From Acidiferrobacterales bacterium (GTDB taxonomy: Bacteria; Pseudomonadota; Gammaproteobacteria; Acidiferrobacterales; Sulfurifustaceae): a stretch of DNA of 33,707 bases. The first letter of the stretch is position 1. The number at the start of each line of letters is the position of its first letter. Shown in pieces: positions 16,964 through 24,863 of this stretch. The position numbers and the translations under genes were made by a program. The notes under the pieces were generated by a model. That model ran no database searches, was not told where the DNA came from, and saw nothing but the letters and a program-made list of their open reading frames with translations. Location: positions 1 through 33,707 of the forward strand of contig WGFP01000001.1 of the NCBI GenBank assembly GCA_015492195.1. Reading direction: 5' to 3'.

Positions 16964-18757
16964 GTGCATGATTTTGCAGTAATCCGATTCCTGTTCGCCG
17001 TGTCGGCGTTCTTTCTGCCGGGCGCCTGGATGGTTGGCCACGCCGCCGCAGACCTGGAACAGGTTGAGGCGCTGGTGAAAGGCGGCGCGCCGAATCTCGC
17101 CTTGCGTCTGGTCGAGCGCGACCAGCCGCCCGAAACCCGGCAGGAACAATGGATGCGTTGGGAGCGGCAGCGCCTTGAGATTTACAAGGCGCTGCGCAAC
17201 CGCGACGCCATTGTGCAACGCGTGGCGCAATTGCCGCCCGGTCTTCCGCCGGCATTCCGTTACTGGGCGCAGACCCAGGCGGTCAAGGCGCACCTGGATG
17301 CCGGCGATGCCGCCGGCGCGCGCAAGTTGCTGCGCCGGTTAATCTGGCGCGAGGACGCCTTCGGCGGGGATAAACAGTTGAGTGCGGCGCAGCTCGCCCG
17401 CTGGCGCCGCCTGGTTATCCGCAGTTATCTGATGGAGGACAATCTCGCGGATGCCCAAACCGCGCTTTTGCGATACAAGCAGGACTACCGCGCCAAGAGC
17501 GACGCCTGGCAGGTCCTGCATGCCGAGGTGCTGTTGCGCGCGGGCAGGACCAAAGCGGCCTTTGACGTGCTTGCCGGCGTGCAATCCTATGAGGCGCAAC
17601 TCATGCGGCGTCTCGCCGGCCTGCGGCTTAAATGGTATCAGCCGCGTGATGTTCTGAAACAGGCCGTTAAATTCGGTGAAGCCTTGCGGGCCCAACCCGC
17701 GCTGCGCCGTCAGGCCTGGATTCTTGCGGCGGAGGCAGCGGCCCAAGCGGGGGATCAGGCCATGCGTGTGGGTGCGCTCGAAAAGGCATTGACGGAGGCG
17801 GACGCGCCGGGTCGGAGCCGTTTGTTTCAGGCACGGGCGGATGATTTGTGGCGCGCCTACGACGAGCTGGCGGAGGCCGTGGGGAATACCGCGCGCCTGG
17901 TGGTCGGCAATGATTCCGATTGGCTCGCCAAGGCGGCGTCCTATCAACCGGCGCAAGGGGAGCATATCCGGGCGCTTTACGCATTCCTTTCCCGTCAGGG
18001 ACAGAGTGAAGAAACGCGCGTGTACGCTCATCAGCGCCTGACGGAGCTGCTGTTTGAAGCGGGCCGCAGCCGGGTGGTGCAGGCGCTGTACACTGAGTCC
18101 GAACGTTACCCGTCCATCGACGCCATTCCCGCGCCGGTTCGCTACCGCTTGGCGGACAAGGCGTTTGCGGCGTTTGATATCCGCCTGGCCGCGCGGCTGA
18201 TCAAGGATCTGGCCGCGCCCCCCTACGGGGTGGATGCCGATACCTGGGCGTTGCGCCGCGCGCGCATTTTGATTTATGCCGACGACTACAAGCCGGCACT
18301 GATCCTGTTGAGCGGTTTGCTGGACGACAAGCCCGAGCTTGAGACGGCGTTCGCCCAACGGTATCTCCAGGTGCTGTTCGACTTGCAGACGGTGGGGCGC
18401 CATGCCGAGGCACTGGCCTTGCTGGAATCGGTCTATGAACGCGTGGATAATGCACGTATGCAGCGGGAAATCCTTTACTGGCAGGCGGACTCCAAACTTG
18501 CCCTTGGCCGGTATCAGGAGGCCGCCGAATTTTACCTGCGCTCCGCGACCTTTGACGGCTCGAAAGGCGAAGATCCATGGGGCCATTCCGCCCGCTTTCA
18601 TGCGGCCGAGGCCTTGGGCAAGGCCGGGCTTATCGCCGACGCGCGCCGCGTGTATCTTAAGCTTTTGAAATCGACCACCGACCCCGGACGGCGTACGTTG
18701 ATTGAACGCAACATTCAACAATTGTGGCTGAGCGAGCGCAACACGACCGGGCCGTAA
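16964..18757 (+). CDS. exported helical-repeat (TPR-like) protein, unknown function
   Basis: 597 aa with a GTG start and signal-like N-terminus IRFLFAVSAFFLPGAWMVGHAAA. The Leu/Ala/Arg/Glu-rich composition suggests alpha-helical repeats. Its stop overlaps the ogt ATG (TAATG). The long antisense ORF 17339-18721 is judged a GC shadow. Confidence 0.7.
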   Translation: MHDFAVIRFLFAVSAFFLPGAWMVGHAAADLEQVEALVKGGAPNLALRLVERDQPPETRQEQWMRWERQRLEIYKALRNRDAIVQRVAQLPPGLPPAFRYWAQTQAVKAHLDAGDAAGARKLLRRLIWREDAFGGDKQLSAAQLARWRRLVIRSYLMEDNLADAQTALLRYKQDYRAKSDAWQVLHAEVLLRAGRTKAAFDVLAGVQSYEAQLMRRLAGLRLKWYQPRDVLKQAVKFGEALRAQPALRRQAWILAAEAAAQAGDQAMRVGALEKALTEADAPGRSRLFQARADDLWRAYDELAEAVGNTARLVVGNDSDWLAKAASYQPAQGEHIRALYAFLSRQGQSEETRVYAHQRLTELLFEAGRSRVVQALYTESERYPSIDAIPAPVRYRLADKAFAAFDIRLAARLIKDLAAPPYGVDADTWALRRARILIYADDYKPALILLSGLLDDKPELETAFAQRYLQVLFDLQTVGRHAEALALLESVYERVDNARMQREILYWQADSKLALGRYQEAAEFYLRSATFDGSKGEDPWGHSARFHAAEALGKAGLIADARRVYLKLLKSTTDPGRRTLIERNIQQLWLSERNTTGP

Positions 18758-19203
18758 TGGCCGCGCCCTTTGGGAGGCTGGGTATTACGCTTCGGAACGG
18801 CGCGCTGGCGGACATCGTTTTTCTGAGCGATCATGCCCCGCTGCGCGCCCCCCGAACTGAATTAGGGCGCACGGTGGTCGACCAGCTTGATGCCTATTTC
18901 TCCGATCCCGGATTTTCCTTCAATCTCCCGTTACTTATGATTGGTACGCCGTACCAACGGCGCGTGTGGCGCGCGCTTCGCCGGATTCCCGCGGGCAAAA
19001 CCAAGAGCTACGGAGAACTCGCCAAACGCCTGCGCTCCTCACCGCGCGCCGTGGGTAACGCGTGTCGCGCCAATCCGATTCCCATTGTCGTGCCCTGTCA
19101 TCGGGTGGTGGCCGCATCGGGCATCGGCGGGTTTATGGGAAAGGAATCAGGAAACGCATTGCGCCTGAAGCGTTGGCTTCTGGACCATGAACGATCGGGA
19201 TAA
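18757..19203 (+). CDS. ogt: methylated-DNA--protein-cysteine methyltransferase
   Basis: Active-site IPIVVPCHRVV (PCHR) and YGELAKRL...SPRAVGNACRANP motifs. Start placed at ATG 18757, which overlaps the upstream stop. Confidence 0.85.
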   Translation: MAAPFGRLGITLRNGALADIVFLSDHAPLRAPRTELGRTVVDQLDAYFSDPGFSFNLPLLMIGTPYQRRVWRALRRIPAGKTKSYGELAKRLRSSPRAVGNACRANPIPIVVPCHRVVAASGIGGFMGKESGNALRLKRWLLDHERSG

Positions 19204-20083
19204 AGCATTAATCGAACAATTCAGCGACGTCCTGTGGATGGAAGAGGCGTTAAGCGCCAACACCCTGGACGCCTACCGCCGGGATCTTGAAGGCGTAAGT
19301 CGTTGGCTTGATACGCGCGGGTCGTGCCTCACGGGTGTGACACGTGCGGACCTTAGTCAATATCTCGCTCATCTGAAAGACAAAGGCACGCCGCCGCGTA
19401 CCGCGGCGCGGCTGCTGTCGACGTTGCGTCGGTTCTATCGGTATCTGTTACGCGAGGGGAGGATCAAGGAGGATCCCACGGCGCTGATTGATTCTCCCAA
19501 GCTTGGCCGGTCGCTGCCCAAGTCGCTGACGGAAGAGCAGGTCGTAAAACTCCTGCAGGCGCCCGACGTGAGCAAGCCCCTTGGTCTGCGTGACCGCGCG
19601 ATGTTGGAAACGCTCTATGCCACGGGACTGAGGGTATCGGAGCTCGTGGGTTTATTGTTATCGCAACTCGGTTTGAGTCAGGGCGTTGTCCGCGTCGTCG
19701 GCAAGGGAAATAAAGAACGGCTGGTGCCGCTGGGGGAGGAGGCGTTGTCGTGGTTAAACCGCTATCTTTCAGAGGCGCGCAGGGGGCTGATTCGCGGGCG
19801 CGCGACCGATGCCCTGTTTGTCACGGCGCGCGGCGGTCCGATGACGCGCCAGGCCTTTTGGCACAACATCAAGCGCTATGCCAAGTCCGCCGATATTCAG
19901 GCGAGCCTGTCCCCCCATACGCTACGTCACGCTTTTGCTACTCATTTACTGAATCACGGCGCGGATCTGCGGGTGGTGCAAATGTTGCTTGGGCATTCGG
20001 ATCTTTCCACCACCCAGATCTACACCCATGTGGCGCGCGAGCGCCTTAAGGAGCTGCATGCCCGGCACCATCCGAGGGGGTGA
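19187..20083 (+). CDS. xerD: site-specific tyrosine recombinase XerD
   Basis: Close motif-by-motif match to XerD as I recall it: IEQFSDVLWME, LRDRAMLETLYATGLRVSELVGL, VRVVGKGNKERLVPLGEEA, HTLRHAFATHLLNHGADLRVVQMLLGHSDLSTTQIYTHV. Confidence 0.93.
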   Translation: MNDRDKALIEQFSDVLWMEEALSANTLDAYRRDLEGVSRWLDTRGSCLTGVTRADLSQYLAHLKDKGTPPRTAARLLSTLRRFYRYLLREGRIKEDPTALIDSPKLGRSLPKSLTEEQVVKLLQAPDVSKPLGLRDRAMLETLYATGLRVSELVGLLLSQLGLSQGVVRVVGKGNKERLVPLGEEALSWLNRYLSEARRGLIRGRATDALFVTARGGPMTRQAFWHNIKRYAKSADIQASLSPHTLRHAFATHLLNHGADLRVVQMLLGHSDLSTTQIYTHVARERLKELHARHHPRG

Positions 20084-20094
20084 GGCGGGGGTGT

Positions 20095-20324
20095 CGCGGA
20101 TGCACTTAACTTACCCGGCGCGTTAAATAGATTACTCTCGTCAATACCTGTCTGTGTGCGATGCACAGGCAGGCCGGTTACACGCCGTCCCGGGAGCGGA
20201 TTACGAGACACGCCGTGAATACGTCCCTGTAGGCTCGACGACGGCTTCCCTGCCGCCGACGGTTCCGTAATCCGCTCCCGGGACGGCTATCTTATAAAGT
20301 GCCCCATTATAACGTGCATCCGCG
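20095..20324. repeat. nested inverted-repeat element (MITE/REP-like) between convergent genes
   Basis: Outer 11-bp inverted repeat CGCGGATGCAC (20095-20105) / GTGCATCCGCG (20314-20324). Inner perfect 22-bp inverted repeat GCCGTCCCGGGAGCGGATTACG (20184-20205) / its reverse complement (20266-20287) with a 60-nt spacer. An additional 10-bp hairpin lies at 20147-20156/20164-20173 (one G-T pair). Confidence 0.6.
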
Positions 20325-20393
20325 CCGCCGAACGCTTGTGTGGGTATGGGAGTGAGGGGGGAAGAAATATATTTTGCTCTTCACCCCTTGCAA

Positions 20394-21119
20394 TCAATGC
20401 TGCGTCGGCAGGTTGTTGGTGTAATCGCCGCTTTGGTCCATGCGGAACACCTCGATACCGGTGATGTGTTTGTATCCCAACAGGAGGGAAAGTTTATGTA
20501 TCAAGGTTTTCCAGTTGACGGACTTGACCCGCCGCCGGAGCAGATCGTTGATCTGTTGCCGCAGGCTGTTAATTTCACGGTCGAGCGCGGGCAGGGAATG
20601 AAAATAATCCCATGAAAGATACAGGGAGCCCACCGTGAAGAATTTGATCACCCAGCCCGGTTCTTTCAGGGCCACCCACAAGATTCCCGACAAAATGGTG
20701 ATGAAAAGCCAGAACAAGCCGTAACGTATGGACTGCGCCCTTGCCTTGCGATTATCGGCCAGTTCCCCACGCAGTTTATGCTCGGCGTTTCTGGAAGACA
20801 CGGTGTGCGCGTAGTGCAGGGCCCGCAGCATGGCCATGGTCTTGAGCAGTCGTTCGCTGTGACGCTTGCCGTCGATGGAAAAGGAGTCAATCGCCGCCTG
20901 CAACGCCTCCCGGAAATGCCTGTAATCAGGGGTAAGCGGCGGTTCGTAGAAGTTATCGACGGCATGGTTGATCAGGTACCTGAGTTCAAGCACCTGGGCG
21001 ACGTCCAACGGAAAACGTAAGCCTATTATCTTGTTATAGAATTGCTGAAAGTTTTCCGGCGTCAGGCTGAGCGCTGAAAAATCATTGGCTTCGCTATTTG
21101 TCGCTTGCATTTCCAGCAT
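20394..21119 (-). CDS. hypothetical membrane protein with a central pair of TM helices
   Basis: 241 aa. Soluble helical N-terminal region of about 135 aa, then two hydrophobic helices (YGLFWLFITILSGILWVAL, VIKFFTVGSLYLSWDYF), then a charged C-terminal helix. Lies 49 nt downstream of the GGDEF-EAL gene on the same strand. Confidence 0.65.
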   Translation of the reverse strand: MLEMQATNSEANDFSALSLTPENFQQFYNKIIGLRFPLDVAQVLELRYLINHAVDNFYEPPLTPDYRHFREALQAAIDSFSIDGKRHSERLLKTMAMLRALHYAHTVSSRNAEHKLRGELADNRKARAQSIRYGLFWLFITILSGILWVALKEPGWVIKFFTVGSLYLSWDYFHSLPALDREINSLRQQINDLLRRRVKSVNWKTLIHKLSLLLGYKHITGIEVFRMDQSGDYTNNLPTQH

Positions 21120-21168
21120 AATCCTTTATCTACCTTATCTACCTTTTTTCTGTGACGGCACGTCGAGC

Positions 21169-22515
21169 CTAATGGGATTGAGGCTGGCGATAGTAATAAC
21201 CCTGCGCCCAGTTAACGCTCATGTGACGCCTGATACTGGCTTCCTTTTCATCCACCATGGCCTTGCTGAAATAGTGTCCCTGCGCCCAATTCACGCCCAT
21301 CTCACGAAGGATATTGGCCTGCCTTTCGTGTTCGACGTATTCCGCGAGGGTGGTCAGGCCCAGGTCGAAGGCGGTGTTCTGAATGCCGCGCACGATGGCA
21401 CGAATCCTGGATTCGTGGAGACGCTGTATCAGGCGGCCGTCGATCTTCAGGAACGAAACCGGCAGGTCCGCCAGGTATTGAAACGATGAATAGCCGCTCC
21501 CGAAATCGTCCAGGGCGAGGCCCAGGCCCAAATCCAGGAATGGGGTGAGTAAATGCCTGGTGGACTGCGGATCATCAAGCAATTCCCGCTCCGTAATCTC
21601 GAGAACCAGCATTTTCGTTTGGGCGTTTCCGTTTTTCGCGCAGTTGAACTTCGCCGTCTCGATGAGCTCCGAGATCAGTTCGGGATGGCGCAGCAGGCTT
21701 CCGGAGACATTCGCAAAAATGGTGAGTTTTTTCCCGTGAGTCGTATTGTCCGCGCAGCGTTGCAGCGCGGAGGCGACGATGGCGCGATCTATTTTGTGCG
21801 TCAGTTGGAGCTGACTTGCCGCATCGATGAATTCATGAGCGGCAAGCACTTTCTCGTCGGTTGTGATGATGCGCGCAAGCGCCTCTTCTGCCACCACGCG
21901 TCCGGTATCGAGATCAAAGATCGGTTGGTAGGCCGGCATGACGCGCTCTTCACGCAAGGCCGTTTCGATGATCCCGCCGACGCTGAATACCGGCGTTGCC
22001 AGGCCGCTCGCGTGTACCACGCGGTTCCTGCCGGAGTTTTTTGCCTCATACAGCGCCTCATCGGCGGCAACCAGCAAGGTCTTAATGTCGGTGCCGTTGT
22101 CGGGGTAAGAGGCAATACCGAAGCTGCAGGTTACGGTGGTTACGCTGGAACCGACGGGCACGATCAGGTTGACGATTCGTTGGCGCAATTGGTCGGCGAT
22201 CGTGTAGCTGGCGTCGGCGTCGACATCCGGTAGTACGCACAGAAATTCATCGCCTCCCCAACGGCCGATTAAACCCTTGCGCCGCAAAAATTGTTTTGCG
22301 GCGACGGCTACGCGCTGCAAAATGACGTCGGCATTGGCGTGTCCGAAACGGCCGTTGATCAGTCTGAAGCGGTCGATGCTGAACAGAATCAACCCGAAGC
22401 CGTGTTCGTTGCGCGCGCTGTCCTTTCGGATGTCTTCGAGAACATCCAACAGTTGATCGCGGCTAATCAGTTTGCCGGATTGGTTAAGAAGAGAAGAAAG
22501 CAATTCCGTGCGCAT
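21169..22515 (-). CDS. GGDEF-EAL protein (diguanylate cyclase / phosphodiesterase) lacking a sensor domain
   Basis: RWGGDEFLCVL (intact GGDEF). EAL-domain motifs AEEALARI, FANVS, LEITERELL, DDFGSGYSS, LKIDGRL, AEYVE. Start placed at ATG 22515 (MRTELL...); the track start at 22614 would add 33 residues of non-domain sequence. Confidence 0.85.
   Translation of the reverse strand: MRTELLSSLLNQSGKLISRDQLLDVLEDIRKDSARNEHGFGLILFSIDRFRLINGRFGHANADVILQRVAVAAKQFLRRKGLIGRWGGDEFLCVLPDVDADASYTIADQLRQRIVNLIVPVGSSVTTVTCSFGIASYPDNGTDIKTLLVAADEALYEAKNSGRNRVVHASGLATPVFSVGGIIETALREERVMPAYQPIFDLDTGRVVAEEALARIITTDEKVLAAHEFIDAASQLQLTHKIDRAIVASALQRCADNTTHGKKLTIFANVSGSLLRHPELISELIETAKFNCAKNGNAQTKMLVLEITERELLDDPQSTRHLLTPFLDLGLGLALDDFGSGYSSFQYLADLPVSFLKIDGRLIQRLHESRIRAIVRGIQNTAFDLGLTTLAEYVEHERQANILREMGVNWAQGHYFSKAMVDEKEASIRRHMSVNWAQGYYYRQPQSH
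21200..21300 (-). repeat. in-frame direct duplication of the EAL C-terminal motif
   Basis: CCCTGCGCCCAGTTAACGCTCAT (21200-21222) and CCCTGCGCCCAATTCACGCCCAT (21278-21300) share 20 of 23 nt and lie 78 nt (26 codons) apart. They encode MSVNWAQGYYYRQP and MGVNWAQGHYFSKA. Confidence 0.6.
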
Positions 22516-22653
22516 AGGGGTCCCTATCTCTGCGACAATCCAGGCTGAAAACGAAAGAATACAAGAATATACAATTGCGGGCGGATTTTCTATGCCGCAA
22601 TATCTTTGAGGCAAAATAGCTAATTCAGGCAGGCACTTAAACGAGCTTTAAAT

Positions 22654-24669
22654 TTAGTTGTTGTTGTCCAGCATGGCGCGCAGGTTGGCGAGATAGCCAT
22701 CCCCACGACCGAGAACATCATTTAAATGATCTCTGCTTTCCTGGTCTATCCACTCCAGATCGTCTTGCGGGAGTTCGGAAAGAAAACGACTGGGCTTGCA
22801 GGCGACGATTTCTCCCCCGCGTTTTCGTCGCTCCGCCAGAGAGAAGGTTAGCGTTTCCCGGGCGCGGGTTATACCGACGTAAGCGAGCCGGCGTTCTTCT
22901 TCCACGCCTTTTTCGTCAAGGTTTGTCTGGTACGGTAACAGGTCCTCTTCCATGCCTATGATGAAGACATGCGGAAATTCCTGACCCTTGGTTGAGTGTA
23001 ATGTCATGAGTGAAACATAATCGCCGGGATTGTCCTCGCTGTTTTTCTCCAGCAATCCGATAAGACTCAGGCTCGCCACGAGACGGCTGAGTGTTTTCTC
23101 GCCATTTTGTTGCGTCGCCAAGCGTTGCAACCAGGCGACGAGATCCAGAATATTCTTCATTTTTTGTTCGGCGATTTTCTGATCGTTGCACGTGTCCTTC
23201 AGCCAGTCTTCGTAATGCAGATCAGCAAGCATGTCGCACACGACTTTGATCGGGTCTTCCTTGTTTGCCTGTTCGATGGTATTTGCCAACCATTGGGTAA
23301 AGACGCGCAAACCGGCCGCCTGCTTCGCCGACAGGTAGCGTTCCAGCCCGGTATCCAGCGATGCGCGGAGAAGGCTCGCACCGAGTTCCGAGGCGTGCCG
23401 GGAAAGCTGTTCAAGTGTTTCCGGCGAGACTTCGCGTCTTGGAGTGTTTATGACGCGCAGGAAGGCGTTGTCATCGTTTGGATTACAAAGAAGTCTCAGG
23501 TAGGCCATGATGTCTTTGATTTCGGTTTTATCAAAGAACGAGGCGGCGCCGCTCAGGAAATAGGGAATGCGCCGTTCGCACAACACACGCTCCAACAGGC
23601 GTACTTGCGAGTGGTTGCGGAAGAGAATCGCGTAGTCCCTGAAATCGGTGCCGTGTTTGAATTTGTGATATACGAGTTCGGATACCACGCGTTCGGCTTC
23701 ATGCTCCTCGCTGCGTGTTTTGAGTACGCGCACAGGATCCCCATAGCTGCGGTCACTCCAAAGGGTTTTTTCAAATACGTGTGAATTGTTTGCGATCAGG
23801 GCATTGGCGGCCTTGAGTATGCGGCCCGTAGAGCGGTAATTTTGTTCCAGTTTGACCACCTTCAGGTTGGGGAAGTCCTGCTGCAAATGCCGCAGATTCT
23901 CAGGCTGCGCTCCCTGTTCGGCACATATCGATTGGTCGTCGTCGGCGGCGACGGTCAGCACGCCGCGTTTGCCCATCAGCAGTTTCACGAGTTCGTGTTG
24001 GCAGGCATTGGCGTCCTGATAGTCGTCCACCAGCAGGTAGTGGATGCGCTTTCGCCAGATCGCCAAGGTGTTTGGAAAATCCTGAAACAGCCGGACCGGC
24101 TTCAGGATCAGGTCGTCAAAATCCATGGCGTTGTAGGCCAGGAGACGCTGTTCATATTTGTTGTATATCAATGCCGCAATGTCCCGGATGGACTCACTTT
24201 TATTCGGGGGTTGTTCCGGTTTGACCAGCCTCTTTTTCCAGTGCGAAATCTGTTTTTGCACCTCTTGTGCCAGATTATTGGCCGCGTCCGGGTGATCGAC
24301 GCGTAACAACTTGGCCACAAGTGCCTGGCTGTCCTCCGCGTCGTAAATAGAGAAGCTTGAGCTGTAGCCTACTTCCTTCAGGCTGTTTTGCAAAATGTTC
24401 AGGCCCAGGGCATGGAACGTGGAGATCGTCACACCCTTGGTATTCTGGCTGTTTAACAAATCGGCCACGCGGGTTTTCATCTCGCGCGCCGCTTTATTAT
24501 TGAAGGTTACGGCGGTTATGTGGTGAGGCGCGACGCCGAATTCCCGGATGAGCCAGGCGATTTTGTGGGTAATGACGGAGGTTTTACCGCTGCCCGCCCC
24601 GGCCAAGATAAGGAGCGAACCATTAATATAGTGTACGGCCGTTTTCTGGTGCGGGTTGAGTTCTGGCAA
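22654..24669 (-). CDS. rep: SF1 DNA helicase of Rep type
   Basis: 671 aa, the length class of E. coli Rep. Matching motifs: LNPHQKTAV, AGAGSGKT, QNYRS, VGITRARETL, and C-terminal SRFLSELPQDDLEW. Motifs II and III are non-canonical (see findings). Confidence 0.85.
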   Translation of the reverse strand: MPELNPHQKTAVHYINGSLLILAGAGSGKTSVITHKIAWLIREFGVAPHHITAVTFNNKAAREMKTRVADLLNSQNTKGVTISTFHALGLNILQNSLKEVGYSSSFSIYDAEDSQALVAKLLRVDHPDAANNLAQEVQKQISHWKKRLVKPEQPPNKSESIRDIAALIYNKYEQRLLAYNAMDFDDLILKPVRLFQDFPNTLAIWRKRIHYLLVDDYQDANACQHELVKLLMGKRGVLTVAADDDQSICAEQGAQPENLRHLQQDFPNLKVVKLEQNYRSTGRILKAANALIANNSHVFEKTLWSDRSYGDPVRVLKTRSEEHEAERVVSELVYHKFKHGTDFRDYAILFRNHSQVRLLERVLCERRIPYFLSGAASFFDKTEIKDIMAYLRLLCNPNDDNAFLRVINTPRREVSPETLEQLSRHASELGASLLRASLDTGLERYLSAKQAAGLRVFTQWLANTIEQANKEDPIKVVCDMLADLHYEDWLKDTCNDQKIAEQKMKNILDLVAWLQRLATQQNGEKTLSRLVASLSLIGLLEKNSEDNPGDYVSLMTLHSTKGQEFPHVFIIGMEEDLLPYQTNLDEKGVEEERRLAYVGITRARETLTFSLAERRKRGGEIVACKPSRFLSELPQDDLEWIDQESRDHLNDVLGRGDGYLANLRAMLDNNN

Positions 24670-24863
24670 TGCCGCGCGCGATAGTTTTAGGAAAATCGTC
24701 GATTATTGGACGCCGATTCTAACCCTAAAACCGTTTGATTTGTACAATTTATTTGTAAAAAGGATGCAATCGGGACCGCCCCGGGATGTATCTTTATCTT
24801 TACACTTAAAGTTTGCCCGGTGGCGCCGCGGTCCGGATCGGTATCGGTCATGAAAGGGGCGCC

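Noticed and set aside
17339-18721. 460-aa antisense ORF inside the helical-repeat protein gene
   Set aside because: Its R/G/P/Q-rich composition is typical of a shadow ORF in GC-rich DNA. The plus-strand ORF has a signal peptide, coherent helical composition and translational coupling to ogt.
20106-20130. dif-like XerC/D site next to xerD
   Set aside because: Only a 7-nt match (GTTAAAT, 20122-20128) to the XerD arm of the E. coli dif consensus. There is no recognisable XerC arm or 6-bp central spacer, so this is probably coincidence.
22574-22601. Possible rep terminator hairpin
   Set aside because: A 7-bp stem with a 14-nt loop, followed by an interrupted T-rich tract on the minus strand. 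It is plausible but too weak to list as a feature.
22516-22614. Upstream extension of the GGDEF-EAL ORF
   Set aside because: The added 33 residues (MPQRYCGIENPPAIVYSCILSFSAWIVAEIGTP) precede the domain and have no motif. ATG 22515 is chosen but remains uncertain, since a short TM-like segment cannot be fully excluded.
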